DNA from: Fistulifera solaris
Taxonomy: Eukaryota
Assembly (NCBI GenBank): GCA_030295235.1
Contig: AP026128.1
Coordinates: forward strand, 248,001-312,000
Direction: 5' to 3'
DNA: 64,000 bases
Part shown: positions 12,073 to 25,765 of the stretch, one piece after another
How the letters are laid out: every line of letters begins with the position of its first letter
Position numbering within the stretch: the stretch's first letter is position 1
Notes under the pieces: model-generated
The model's input: the letters and a program-made list of their open reading frames with translations, nothing else
The model's database searches: none
What the model was told of the DNA's origin: nothing
Position numbers and translations under genes: made by a program

Positions 12073-14044
12073 ATGTGGTCGAAAGCCTCTTCCTACAGTT
12101 TCCTCAGGGTGCGTAAGATATGGCTGTTTTTCCTTCTCCTTCACAATGGGAATGCTCGAGATCAGACCGTTATGAATATACAAGCCGATGGCACCGTTTT
12201 GGAATGCACTGCGCTGAAGAATGATGAAGAACGTTGTATCGTTGTCATGAATCCGGTTCTGAAGAACGAAGAGAATGATATTAAAGACGATTTAGAGGAG
12301 GAGAAGGAGGAGGAGGAACAAGCGTTGGAGAAGAAAAAGTTGGAAGGAATGGATCTAATTGCTTTGTTGGATAAACCCGAAGCCAAACGACAAATCAAAC
12401 GAGCGTTGGATTTGGGAGAACAAGTCGATTTAAGTGCCATTGTGAGTTCCACGTTGTCGCACAGCGTTGCCAAGCTCGGCCAACCGAGCCTTAGTCAAGC
12501 GAAACCAATGGTCGCACTGACAGAAGATAATGATAAAAATGAACTTTCGGGTGTGGAACTGTTGATGACCGCGGCATTACGAGATGCGGCGCAACAAGCA
12601 TCAGGGGATCCGTCTCAATATGTACATCCCGAGCAGATTAAAATTTTTCTCCAAGTAGCCAAGGCGATCTCCCGAAGCAATGATCCTGGTCTGGATACGG
12701 AGTCGTCTCTACAACATCTCATCACCATTGCGGAACCTGATCATCCTATTGAAGGGGAACGGATTGGATTAAGCGAAATTGTGCGGGAGAAGCAGATACT
12801 CCAAGATACATTAAAACATTTGCTGGGTCAGTTGGGACTGCAGTATCTTAATCCCTTGCAAGTACATTACTACATGATCGATGAGGAGATCAGAAAAGAT
12901 CCTATATGGAAACGTCACCTTCATCACTATTTGCCGTCGGTTCCGAAAGAAAAAGTACTGCGAATGACGGATGCATTGTATTTGTCACAGCTCGCCTACA
13001 GCAACAATTGTACACTGATTGAAAGCCTTGTTGCTGGAGAATTCCAGATCGATCCCATCGGCCATAAAGGTCTCTGGACCTTACGAAATTGCTCTGCAGA
13101 TGCCAAACTATTTCAGCCAGCGCATTTTATGATGGTGCAGCAGCCACTACCCAATGGTTCTGTCCCACTCAAGGTAGCCTTGATTATTCGAGGAACACAT
13201 CAGCCAGCTGACTTTTTTTACGGACGGAGCTCTCAATGCCGTTCCTTACCGCGGTGGATTTGTACACGAGGGTGTATGGAACAGTGCGCAGTGGATTCGT
13301 GAAACATACGAAGACGATCTCAAAATGCTCTTGCAGCATCATCGAAGTAATCAAAAGAATGACAAATTGCCACTCAGGTTACATCTCATTGGTCATTCGT
13401 TAGGTGGAGCTGCAGCATCTGTAGCGGCTATTGAATTCAATGACGTGCCCGGATTCGAAGCATTCGCGGTCGGCTTCGGGAGTCCATCGTCATTGTCGCC
13501 GAAGCTGTCGCGGACCATGAGAAATCGGATTACTACGGTGGTGAACGACGCTGACTGTGTACCCCGCATGTCGGCAAGATCCATTGTTAGTGCATGGATA
13601 CAGGTTCTGCAATTCAATTTCACGGATCTGTGTCTAAATGATCTAAATCGGATGATGCCCATCATCAAAAGCAAATATGCTATTTTTGGACCTCTGACCG
13701 ATACGATGCTAAATTTTTGGCGTTCAAAAATGGAGGACCAAATCCGGAAAGAAGCGATAAAGCAATTAAGCAGGACCCAAAAAGCTTTAGTAAACGCGAG
13801 CATAGACCAGTATGAATTGTTGATTCCTATTGGTGACTGTGTCCACTTTTACCGGGATGGGACATCGTGGCAAAGCGTTTACATCGACTGCCTACAGTTC
13901 CAAGAAATTGAAGTCGTTCCGCACATGATCGATGACCACTCTGTTTCAGGAGGCTATTACCCTGGAATGCTTGGCTACCTAAGAAAGCTTGAAAAGAATT
14001 TGAACTTCAGGCCTTTGCATGAGGCAGACAAATTGAGTGTATGA
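12073..14044 (+). CDS. Secreted class 3 lipase, copy 2 (tandem paralog); apparent frameshift in T7 at 13213-13219
   Basis: Collinear with copy 1; removing one T restores ADFFTDGALNAVPYRGGFVHEG and joins the GHSLGG-containing ORF 13325-14044. Confidence 0.85.
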
Positions 14045-14106
14045 TTGTGGTCTAAAAACCTTGTAGTGTCTCTTGATCGTTTAGTATTTACTACCATTAT
14101 TTTTGT

Positions 14107-17100
14107 CTACGATGCTTCGACTTGAACTTTTTCTGGTTCTGACAATGGGGGTGCTGCTTTTGGTGCCGAATCGGGGCTGCTTGGAGTATTGGGACTTGCA
14201 CGAGCATGAGGAGGGCCTCGTCCCTGCGGTGGTTGGCCTCGTCCTTGCAGATTAGGAGGTACTCCTCGCCCACGAGCGTTGAGAACATGAGGTGGGGGCC
14301 CTCCTGGACCTCGATAGTTGGGCGGTGGCTCACCACGTCCGCCGCGAATGGGTCCGCCGCGGACGGGCGGTGGTCCAATTCGAAGATTTGGTGGAGGAAC
14401 GGACCGCGCGTTGGAAGAAGGGCTACCTCTCGCATTTGGAGGAGGGCTAGCTCGTGCATTTGGAGAAAGGATTACTCGTACATTTGGAGGAAGACTTGCC
14501 CGTGATGGTTGCGTAGGGCTCCCTCGGCCGACGGGAGAAGACGGACCTTGTGCACTTGGTGTGTTGACGGTTATTGGTGTCGGTTTCGGTTTTGTCGCCT
14601 TCTGATTGTGCACTGATGCTCCTGCTGCTCCAACGCGCTCAAGCTCTGAAAGCAATATTTCGCTGGCCCATGTGCTGAACTCAGTGTCTCCCTTCCACTC
14701 TTCGGTAACCATGAGGTTCGATAAATAAGTCACCGTCTGCAGCGTTTTCTCGAACAATGGAGACACTTTACCCCGACGCCCCTGTCGTAAGTTTTCTCGT
14801 GCGAGTTGAGCAAACTGTTGCATAATATCAACCAGATCGTCGCGAATTTCTTTGTCGTGGCTCAAATGAGGTAAAACGTGCGAAGCAAGTTGACCGAGTA
14901 ACGAGAAAGTAGTCCCACGACTCGCGTCCGCAGTCACCGGGGTTGTTTGTTTGCCATCAAATACATGATGTCAATCCACTTATCTCCGTTAATCTCACTG
15001 ATATCGGTTCGAATTACCACACGTCTGAAACATTTAGCACCTTCTGAGGACAGTTCAGCATCGGAAGATCTGCAGACCGTGTAAATTGCAACAGCCATGT
15101 TCTGGAAAAGCTCTTCGTTTGGAGCTATTTTTGTAGCGTCCTCAACCTTTCTCTCAGTCTGTTGCAACTCCAATTCGACAATGTGACGATATACTTTCTC
15201 CAAACATAGCATGGCAGGTACCGAAAAAGCGACATCGCCTTGATAGAATGCGAGGACGAAACGTATGAGAATTTTCGAGAATTCGAGCGAAGCATCCATG
15301 GTCAATGTAGAATGTTCTTCTCTAGTAGTAGTATCCTGAGCGTCCACCTGGGGAAGAGCGTATTCGACTGTGGATGCTATTCCATCGAAAACAAACACTC
15401 GAGAATTGTTGAAATGAGCAAGCGTGTCCATCGTATCACCAAGGAACGTCCAGTCATTCGGCGTGTCGAACAAGAAATAACTGTTTCGTAAAACAATCGC
15501 AAGACCACAAGCCATGCGGTCGGCAATGACCTTAATGAAATTTTTTGGGTAAAGACATCATCACGAGATGCAAAGAAGCTTTTAGCTGGCCTCGTGTCTA
15601 AAGCAGATATGACGTGTTAGATATATTGCCCAAAAACCAAAAACGTCCGCCTCCGAGAACTCCTTATTATCCTCTAGCTTACCTCTTCAATATCATATAA
15701 ATGTATACAGCATCGGAGAATCGTAACCACAATTCTTTCGATCACAAACGGAGCAGGTACTTTAGTCGAAGTAACAGTGCTAAGCACCACTTCAAACTTG
15801 TTCAAGAAAGGTATGAACCACTCGAGTGCATGATCTCGGTTCGACAACAGGGCTCTTGTGGCTAATTCAATACTAAAGATTGCATGCTGCTCACCCACAG
15901 GGTCATGTTTGAATGGAAAATCATCCAAGCAGTCGATTTGTAGCTGTATTTTTCGTTTCACATCTGACTGGCCCGTTGCTAGATGCACGACAGCCTCGAC
16001 ATCGGACGCTTCTGCTATTTCCAAGAGAGCTTTCGCAACCTTTGAAAGTTTGTCTCTTCTTCCCGGTAGTCCCAGTGGATCTGCCAACTCGTCTGTGTCT
16101 TTGGAAGTTCTTCTAAAAATTGATCGAAGCCATCCTTTATTCTTTGCTGCCTTCTCTTCTTCGCTGTGGGCACGGTATACTTCTTCTAACCGTCTCTGCG
16201 AAGTTTTTGCAAAGGTAGATTGAGGTAGAACGTTGCCATTACTGTCAGCAAAATCATCCAAGTCCGTCATCCCACCAGGCAGCGCATGTGCGTCTCGAAG
16301 GGCGCAAATACATTCGATAAAAGACGGCCAAGCTGATACAACTCGAGCAGTATACTTCCGGACGACAATGAAACCGCAGTCCAATGCAAGTAGACCTCTG
16401 TGATATGCGCTTCCAGTGATGTCGACGTCCTCCTTGCCTCCGTATGAACAAAGTAATCCATAGGGAATTGGGCGCCCAAGTCCATCACTGTCGAAGTCGT
16501 CTTCCCCCTCCTTGCCAAGTTGCGAATCGCTAGCAGTTTGGCTACCTGAGCTGTCTGTAACTATTGCGTTCATCACATAGTCCGTACCCATAGGGAGTAA
16601 AATATTTAAAACTTCATCAAGAATAGAGCCGCACTCGAAATATGCCGCAACCTTACAGATTGTTTGAAGACCATTGAGTGCCTTCACCACCAAGCCGTCA
16701 TCCCAAGAGCGCTGGAAAATCCCAGCAAAAGCTTGAATGGCTGGCTTTGCGAGTCCAATGAACATCTCTTTGTGATGGAATCCAGCGACCTGACTTGTCG
16801 AACGTGAAACACCCGCTTGTGAAAAGAACGGCAACGCTACTTCCCCTTTCTTCGATATCATGTTATCCCAGACCTTACGGAAGTCCTCTTGCTCGCCGTG
16901 CTGTTTAATAATATCACCCAATTCCTTCCGTACTTCGATTTGCTTGTTCTTGATCTGTTCATAAAGTTCTACAAGAAAGTCTTCCGGTAGATCTTCCCCG
17001 TCATTGATGCCACGGTTATTCCTTACAAATTGCTCCAATGTCATGCGATTTTCTTGTTTGATCATCGGATTGTGCAGGTCAGTGTTAAGCATAATTGTGG

Positions 17101-19900
17101 AAAACGCTAAGACAAAAACAGCATCGGCACTTTTGAAGAAAGACGTTTCTCCTTGTTGCCTGTACAGCTCCTTAGAGAAAGACTCCATGATTCGGTCGAT
17201 GCATTGTGCTTCACCTGGCAATCGAAACTTGGACAAGAATTTGCGCAGCGCTGCGGCAAATGTCATATCTGAAAAGTCGTACCTTCCGACAAACGCATGC
17301 CGAACGGCGGCGTTAAACGGATACGCATCATCCGGTCCCTTGCTTAGATAAATGCCTACTTTGGCTTTGTCTAGCATTGATGCTGTGAATAAAATATCTG
17401 CGACACCCTCGACTGATTCTTTGGACTCCAAAACACCCTCTTTGACCGCAAGATCTAGCCACTCCGAGCTGGAAGATGAAGAATTAAAGACCCGAGCGAT
17501 TTTGACCAGTGCATGCTTTCGGCGCTTTCTTTCGTGTAACTCCTCGGTAGTTATTTGGCTGGCATCATTGGGATCCCACGAGCGCGATGATTCCGCCTCT
17601 GAAATACCGCTATCGGCTCTTGATGACTCTTTGAATGCAGCTGCTTTTCCTGTACATCGTTTAGCAATCGATTCAAGAACGGACAACAATCCCTCCATAG
17701 AGAGACGGTGGAGGTGGGTGACGGGCGAGACCTGGTTACTAACTGCGGGGTCCCGGATGCTAGCGATGACCGACTCAGTAGCACTTGGCTTTTTCGAAAT
17801 CTTGCGGCTCGCCATACCTTCGTCGGAGGGATTGGGAACGCTGTGCTTTGAAGCCATGTCGACTTCCTCGCTCTCCGTGTAGTCAGCGTTGCTTTCATCC
17901 GAGAAAATACCTTCTTCCTCCCATCCAACTGGCGTTGCCGCCTTACCTAACGCGGTGACGATAGCTTCGTATAAATTACTACAAGCCACATCGCAATCGT
18001 AGTTCAAATAGATGTCCTGCACCATATCTGGTTCTTGGCAGAACTCCACCAGCGACTCGAGAGCAACTTCTCGTTCTTCTGGCGAGTGCCGTACACATGC
18101 ATCATCATTAATGATTCGCATATGAATCGACGTCAAGAACACTTCTAAAGGTACTTTGAGCTCATTTCGGATCGACTGAAACAGATTAAAAATCACACGC
18201 AAAGTCAAAGAGAGCAGGGATAAATCATGACTCGAATGACTCCATTGCAACAAGTATCGACAAACGTCATTCTGCAAGATTTGAACTTCTTCACGGGTCA
18301 AAGGTTCACGACACGCTTCCAGAGCAATGTTCACCAAGGTCAAACCATTAGTCACAACCGAATGATTGACTTGCTTCTGCTTGGAGTCAGCACCCTTGGC
18401 CTTCTTTCCAGGAGTTAGAGTGGCATCTCCATTGGCGGCTGCTTCGGTATGCTTGGGATTCAACAATGTGGCGAGTTTTTCCAGTATTTCCTTACGGGCT
18501 TGCATCACGGGTTCATACCCGGGGGCGGCAAAGACTTGGAGAACAATTTGCGAAAGAGCGGAAAACGCCGCGCTCTTCAACAGCGGTGTGGCCTTTTCCG
18601 CTCGGTGACTCACGTGCAAACACGTGTCCATGAGTCGGGAAATGGTACGAGCCTGGACCAAATGGACGGCATCGTCCTGCATGGACGTTCGTACGACGAG
18701 AGCGGCTACGTCCAGCAGTTTCAAGACCGTCTGCTCATCGTCAAACAATAAATCATCCTTGGTACCAGACTTGCGGCGACGAAGATGCGCGAGGCTTCGG
18801 TTCCCAACGGGCCGTAAATGACTTGGTGCACCACCCGAATCGGAGTTGTCGGCATCGCTTTGATTTGCCATAACACCGGCGAACGTTTCCTCGAATGTGC
18901 AACTCAAGAGAGCTTCGGCTATGCGCATAACCGCACCCAGAGGTTCCTTGTTATCTTGATACGATATCGAAGACGACGAGGGAGACACAAAGCCATACAA
19001 CACAAACTTGTGCAGCGACCCGAGAGCTTTCCCCGTAACAACCGCGGAAATTTCAGGTAGCTCAATACATTGGCAAAAGGGTTCCAAGTAGTCCACATCA
19101 ATGACCAGATCCGGTTGCATCGCCACGAGCTCGGCCGCCGCTGTCACCTGCGTCTGTAGATCTTGTAGTGCTTGTACTACCGGGTGCGAGGTAGAATTGA
19201 GGTCTTCATCGTCTTCGACGATTTCTTGCGTAAATCGTGATCGACTGACGTAACGCTGATCTCGAAGGACCGTCAATACATTGTGAATCTCACCCTTGAT
19301 TACCTTGATAGCCGCACGAGAAGGGATGCGATGCTGAGATGTCTTGAGAGAGGTACGTGCCACTGGACGCGTCACTTCATTCTCCTCACACGGTGGCGCA
19401 GTATCCGTCGGTTCGGCGTGCTTTCTGTGCTCCTGTTCTTCAGTTCGATTCTCAACTGGCTCTGTAGGCTTTCGATCGTCGGTACTCTCAGGCACAGCAA
19501 CGTCGGAAGAATCGATCGCAGGAGTGGTCTCTTCCTTGCAAGGGCTAGCCTCTCCATTCTTTTCAACCACATCTTGGGGCATTTTCTCCTCGGTAGGTGG
19601 AGCATCATCCTTTGCGCTGTCGGTTTGCGTATCATCGCTTCGATCCTCCACGAGGTTTTCATCACTAACAACGACATCGTCCGGACCGAATTCTTGTTCA
19701 CAATTGTGGATCAGGTCTTCCGGTACCGAATCTCCGAGTTCCTCGGGCGACGATTCGATCGATACTGCTGTTTCATTCTCATCATCATGCATAGGATTGC
19801 TGTATTCACCATCCGATGTATCGACTGTTTCCATCGTACTCGCGCTCGTTCGTTTCGTTTCAATGCTAAACAAACCCGAGACGATGGTACTGGTGTCCAT
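14107..19900 (-). CDS. GBF1: Large Sec7-domain ARF guanine-nucleotide exchange factor (GBF1/GNOM type); intron 15598-15682; apparent frameshifts 15541-15546 and 14939-14942; Pro/RGG-rich tail
   Basis: DCB region (VTGKALGSLHKF), HUS box (YLNYDCD), Sec7 motifs FRLPGEAQCIDRIMESF and LAFSTIMLNTDLHNP; start codon uncertain (19900 or 19834). Confidence 0.9.
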
Positions 19901-20369
19901 GCCCAAAAACGATACTATTTTCAAGTCGCTGTCCGAATCAAGAAGAAATCAAGTCAAATGCAAAGTCACTTTTGTTTTCTATTTGAATTCACAACCAAAG
20001 CCGAGGAATAATAGAACGGCTTTCCTCTCAATGGTCTTTTTTCTCCACCTTTTTTTGGGTTTTGTTATTCCGCCCGCCCCATCGCAAATGTCTCTTCCAA
20101 ATGTACGAAGAAAGAAGCCGCAAACAGTACAAACCAGACTACATAATAGGCTATACTATTTATAAAAGGGCTTTTTCTATGAGACCAAAAGTAGAATCAA
20201 TGACCCTCTCAGAAAGTGGATCGGCGAAAGGTCATTTCGCGGGGTTTTGGGTCATTGGAGAGTTTATGCGTTCGTCACAAAATTCCCAGTCACGAACTCG
20301 ACATCATCACCCAATGGATAAAGATAGATAATGTATTTGTTTCGCCTCTTTCTCCTCTATACCACAATG

Positions 20370-21311
20370 TCATATCCGAATACCCTGATGTTGCACATCC
20401 ACCAGAAAAAGACCGTGCGGTGGAGCCATGCCGGGAGCCAGCGCACGATTGCGGGCCGCCAACAAGGCCGGAATGTCGTGTGGGTGCAAACGTCCCTTTC
20501 CGACTTGCACCAAGCAGCCGGTCAGATTGCGGACTTGTCGATACACGAACGAGTTTCCCTCAAATCGAATGGTGATGAGTTGACAGCGGGAACTCTCATT
20601 GTCAATGGTTGTACCCCATAGCAATGGTTCGAAATCATGCAAATCCCTAGCAGTCACACGCACAGCAGATAAATTCACTATAGGAGATATTCGTTGACAC
20701 CCTTTGCCCCGAAAGGATGAAAAATCATGTTCTCCAACCAGCATATCGGCAGCTTGTTGCATGGCTTCAAGGTTGAGAGGTTTCTTCGAATGAATTCTCC
20801 AAGCCCGATCGCATTCAAACGGTGCCATCCAATCCAAATCCCGCGAATGAATGATGCGATAGACATACGTCCGTTGGATGGCACTGAAACGAGCATTCCA
20901 ATCCACCAGCAAAGGTTGTGTCGGATCTTCTTGTGCCCACGGATTGGGCATTTGTTGCGGTGCTTCCAGGACACGGAGAATCCGTACATCCCGATCGATG
21001 CGTTCTCCGAGTCCTTTCACTTCCTGTCGTTGCAGGTAATAATTCAAGCCCCGATGAATTTGTTCACACGTCCATTTTTGGTGTCGAAGATCAACATGAC
21101 ACGTATTTTTGAGGGCGTGAACGCCCCGGTCGGTGCGACTACTGACTTGGAGGTTGTACCAGGTCCCCGTCGTCAAGGATTGCAAGGCTTGACGCAAACA
21201 GCCTTCGACGGTGCGATGCTGCTCTCCTTGATACGAAAACCCCAAAAAGGAGGATCCGTGGTATTGGAGACTCAACAAATAACGCTGAAACCCTCGCCGC
21301 ACGGCTGCCAT
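20370..21311 (-). CDS. truA: tRNA pseudouridine synthase, TruA family
   Basis: YHGSSFLGF, SSRTDRGVHA (catalytic Asp), GEHDFSSFRG, FVYRQVRNL, APPHGLFL. Confidence 0.92.
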   Translation of the reverse strand: MAAVRRGFQRYLLSLQYHGSSFLGFSYQGEQHRTVEGCLRQALQSLTTGTWYNLQVSSRTDRGVHALKNTCHVDLRHQKWTCEQIHRGLNYYLQRQEVKGLGERIDRDVRILRVLEAPQQMPNPWAQEDPTQPLLVDWNARFSAIQRTYVYRIIHSRDLDWMAPFECDRAWRIHSKKPLNLEAMQQAADMLVGEHDFSSFRGKGCQRISPIVNLSAVRVTARDLHDFEPLLWGTTIDNESSRCQLITIRFEGNSFVYRQVRNLTGCLVQVGKGRLHPHDIPALLAARNRALAPGMAPPHGLFLVDVQHQGIRI

Positions 21312-21638
21312 GGTCGTTTTGGGATGTCTTTTGATAAAAAAATGAAGGAAAAACGTTGTCTTAATTATAGTGCGGGTCATGTTGACGGATGAGCAGACAA
21401 ACGTATCGTCTAAAGTGTACTGTCTCCTTTTCGTTCAACGACTCAAACTAATGCAGTCCCGGAAATGTCTGAGGTCCGTCCTCCGCACGCATGCAACATC
21501 ACCCACAACGAGAAAAATAAACGAGAAAGGCGCGTTATGCAAGAAAAAAAAAACAAATCGATCATTGCTGGCATCATCCTTACTACGTATTCATCCAAAT
21601 AAAGTCATTCGTCCCCCGTTCCGCCATTTTTCAAAAGA

Positions 21639-22398
21639 ATGATAACCATCGTTTACGAACGGCTTGGAACAATCGTTTTCTGGCTAGTATTTCTCGTGGT
21701 TTGTTACATCACACTAGCTTTGCTCGTACACATTCCCAGTCTCCTTCGTCCTACTATCATTCCGTATCCTTGGCCTTTGATGAAAGAAAAAGAAGATATA
21801 AAAGTTGCTTTGGCGGGTTCGTACAATCCACCGCATCGGGGACATTTGGCTATGCTCTTGTATCTTTCGAAACGATACCGCCACGTCTTGGCCATCTTGG
21901 GAGTCAATCCTCGGAAACAGTATCCAGTTTCGCCCGAAACACGGGCGGCCTTGTTACGGAAAATGTTGCAAGAGGCGGATGTAACGAATGTAAACGTCCA
22001 AGGTACGTTATGACCGTGTGTGTGTGTGTGCAGAACAAACCCGGAATCGAGGACTCAACTTGGTTTCAGTGGTACAAGGATACATATGGAGAAGTGCCAA
22101 ACGACAAGGCGTCCGTCTCTTCTTTCGGGGCATCCGTAGTTGGTCACAGGATGGTCGGGAAGAACGACATTTACAAGTTTTGAATACTTGGGGACCCTTG
22201 TTGTACGGACCTTTGGTTTGGCCCATTCCGACCCGTTATTTGGAAGGGAAACCGGAATACAATCACGTGAGTTCGACATTGGTTCGTGACATTACGGGGC
22301 GGAAGGATGATGCACCAGAAACCGCGTTGCAACAGTTGGTACCCGATTGTGTCGTACAAGACATTACGCGCTTGTATGGCTCCATCAAAGAATCTTAG
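21639..22398 (+). CDS. coaD: Phosphopantetheine adenylyltransferase, bacterial CoaD type, with N-terminal hydrophobic anchor; intron 22003-22069
   Basis: AGSYNPPHRGH (HxGH), GVNPRKQY, FFRGIRS, HVSSTLVR; GTACGT..TTTCAG intron joins both ORFs in frame. Confidence 0.82.
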
Positions 22399-22674
22399 AC
22401 AACAACCCCATACACAACGGAAACGGCGATTCATTCGAGGGAGAGATTAGTGTTGGCATGAAAAGGATGACGATCATGCAGCGCTTTCTGGATGCTAGGA
22501 CGATGTTCTTATTGCTCTTGATCCAGCCAGGTTTACTTTACGAATTAGCACAGATGGCTTCTACCATTGCGATTCTACGATTTACATAGTGTTCTGAAAC
22601 GAAAGTGGATCTTTACCCAACAATAAGAACTTGGCCGCCTTTTACTTCAACATGTCATACAAAGTGCCGATTTA

Positions 22675-23916
22675 TCATTCATTCTCCGTCTCAGCGAGGT
22701 TTCGAGAACTTTGCAATTGCTGCAGAACTGCTTTGTTTTGGTAGATTTTTCGCGCGGCTCCCAAATCTTCCCAAAAGACCTAACAATGCAACGCCAGGTA
22801 CGTCAGACACAGTCATGGAAATCAACAATGGGCATTCAGGAACGTACCTTCTTTTCAATCGGAAGCACTTCTTTCATACTCGAAATCCAAATTAATGCTA
22901 TGTTAGCCACCGTTATGCCTGTTTCGACAAAGAGCGCGTTTTCCGGTGAGGAAAGTCGGTGTCCGGCAAAATGACAAAAACTGCATTTCACTGACCTATT
23001 GAAATTCGACCCATCTGCCTGTAGTCATCGTAATCATAAACTTCTCCGTATCCCGGAATATTGTTTCGGATTTCGGTTTCTTCCTCTGTAATGACCAGGA
23101 CATCCGAATGACGCGTGAAGATATAAGCGACCCAAATGATACCGGTATTGACTGCCGGTGGCAACAGCGACGCGGAAATGGCCACTCCTACCAATGAGCT
23201 CGTGTTATCATCCAGCAGGGATACTGCAACACCCAAGCCGGAAAAGAACGCCACCGGACAGGCCACGTAAAGATTGATGACATCTCCTCGCGATTCCATT
23301 TCTGGTGTGGGCCAATCATCCGACAAACTCGTCGGCCCCGTGACCAATCCGATCAGAGCACCCATGACAATACAGATCACTAGCGAAGCGAACTCCACCA
23401 CCAACGCACGCTTTACCATGGTCCAATCGCGTATGGTGCTTCCGTAGGCCAGTCCGATGACCGGGCCCATGATCGGTGACACCAACATGGACGCTAGAAT
23501 CGTGGCGTTGCTGTTGGACACCAATCCGAGCCCCGCCAAAACAGAAGCCACCAACAGTAGGACATTGTAGTTGAAATTCATATAAAAACCTTCCTTGATT
23601 TTTTTCGTGCACTGATGAAATGAAATAGCAAGAATTGTGAGTAGACGAAAACATTTCAAACAGATGACCGTCCGAAACAACGGAGTGCATGAAGACTGGA
23701 ATCTACGAAACGGGGAAACGTACTCTCTCGAACCCGATTCACTTGCTCAATCGATAGCTCCGCCACTTCATTGTCATCCACAAATATTTTCACAATGTCA
23801 CGAAACCTGACGTTGCCCGTCAAGCTGCTCACTTGTTCTTTGACCGGTTCAATGTGATCACTGTGGACGGGTGCGATCAGTCCGGGTCGACTTGCTGCAG
23901 ATTCCGATACGCTCAT
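22675..23916 (-). CDS. DUF389 multi-pass membrane protein, copy 1 (4 exons; apparent frameshift 23599-23605)
   Basis: ASMLVSPIMGPV and SLVGVAISASLLPPAVN motifs; introns ~23612-23723, ~22919-22995, 22780-22847; last exon VFWEDLGAARKIYQ. Confidence 0.82.
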
Positions 23917-24485
23917 ATTCGTTTATATAATATGTAACGCGGTCTTTGGTTTTCAAAACATAGGAAGATCAGCAACGGCTGAAACAAATCTGGTTTGCTC
24001 GTCAACAAAAGCGCGAAATGGATTTTGGAAACCAGTGATCGCCGACGGCACTATGACCGTTGGAGTAGCACGCCTGCTATTAGGAGAACTTGTGAAGAAC
24101 TATCCGAATTCGCACTATCTGGAGAATTGTACCTGGTTGACACCATTGGCCAACTAGCCCAGAAATGTTGAACACCGCAAAAATAAGAGAAACAACAAAG
24201 CAATAACTTGCCCACATCCTGTCATTCGCTTTGCAGTAAAACAACGTAAAAGAGACATTCACCTTCTTCATGAAAACCATTACGCCGTGTATATCCGACA
24301 AAAAGAGAGCGATGAATGTTCAAACTATAAAGAATCACGTGTCTACGGTATGACAACTGTAACTTCTCGTCAGTTGGTCAATCCGCTTTCCCAAGTTTCT
24401 TCAAATCAATATGCATCGTAAACAACCGGCATCATTATCTCATCGCGAAATTTAGTGGATATGTCGAGTCATCTTCCTTTCAAAG

Positions 24486-25765
24486 TCAATCATCACACAT
24501 CCGAGCGAGATTGCTGGATGACCGAACCGGCTGCAGGACCGCCCGATTCTGGTAAATTTTTCGCGCGGCTCCCAAATCCTCCCAAAAAATCTGACGAAAT
24601 GTGAGATGGAATATGCGTGGGTCAATAGGGACGGAAAAAGACTTGCAAAGCTTACCCTCTTTCCACGGGAAGTACTTCTTTCATACGAAACATGATCATA
24701 CTCGAAATCCACACCAAGAATACGTTTGCTACCGTTATGCCTGTATTTCCGACCAAATCCGTGCATGATGAGTTTCGATGTAATAGCAAAACAGATATGC
24801 CCGTGAAGTATGCTTACCTATAGATGTACGTCCCGCCCGCCGGTAATCATCAAAATCGGGAGGATAAACGTACTCCGATAGCGCGTCATTTTCCGCAACG
24901 TCTACCGGTAGAACAACTCTCGAATCGCGCGTAAATATGTGAGCCACCCAAATAATACCTGTATTGACTGCTGGCGGCAACAGAGACGCGGAAATGGCGA
25001 CTCCGACCAAAGAACTCGTGTTGTCATCGAGAAGAGATACGGCAACGCCAAGGCCCGAAAAGAACGCGACGGGACAGGAAATGTACAAGTTGACGATATC
25101 ACCTCGAATTTCCATTTCTGGAGTAGGCCAATCGTCGGATAAACCTGTCGGACCTGTGATAAGTCCGATCAAAGCTCCGATTGCAACGCAGGCAAATATG
25201 GAAATGAGCTCCGTCATGAGGGCCCGCTTCACCATCGACCAATCACGAATGGTGGCTCCGTACGCCAAACCAATCACGGGACCCATGATGGGAGAGACCA
25301 GCATTGACGCTATCACTGTAGCATTGCTGTTGGAAACGAGACCAAGGCCGGCCAGAATGGAAGCAACAACCAACAAAACATTGTAATTGAAATTCATGCG
25401 GAAGCCGTATCGTATTTTTTCGTGCACTATACAAAAACAAGATGAGAAAAACAGATTCGTGGAAAAGAGGCAATACAAGAATATGCACGAGATAGAAGAT
25501 GATCTCCTCAATCAGTCATTGCATTTCTACAAGACTTACTTTCTCGAATCCGTTTGACTTGTTCGGCCGACAGCTCTGCAATCTCCGTGCAGTCTACAAA
25601 AATCTTGACAAAATCACGCAATTTGACATTGCCTATCAAGCCGGTTGTTTCCTCGACAGGCTCAATGTGGTGCGTTTCCACGGGTGCTGCTTCCGGTAAC
25701 AGCACTGCGGGTAAGCTTATCTCCCCCGCCGGTTCGACGGAGATTCCATCCCCTGAAACACTCAT
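24486..25765 (-). CDS. DUF389 multi-pass membrane protein, copy 2 (4 exons; apparent frameshift 24660-24662)
   Basis: Same motifs and same three intron positions as copy 1; last exon IFWEDLGAARKIYQNR. Confidence 0.82.
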
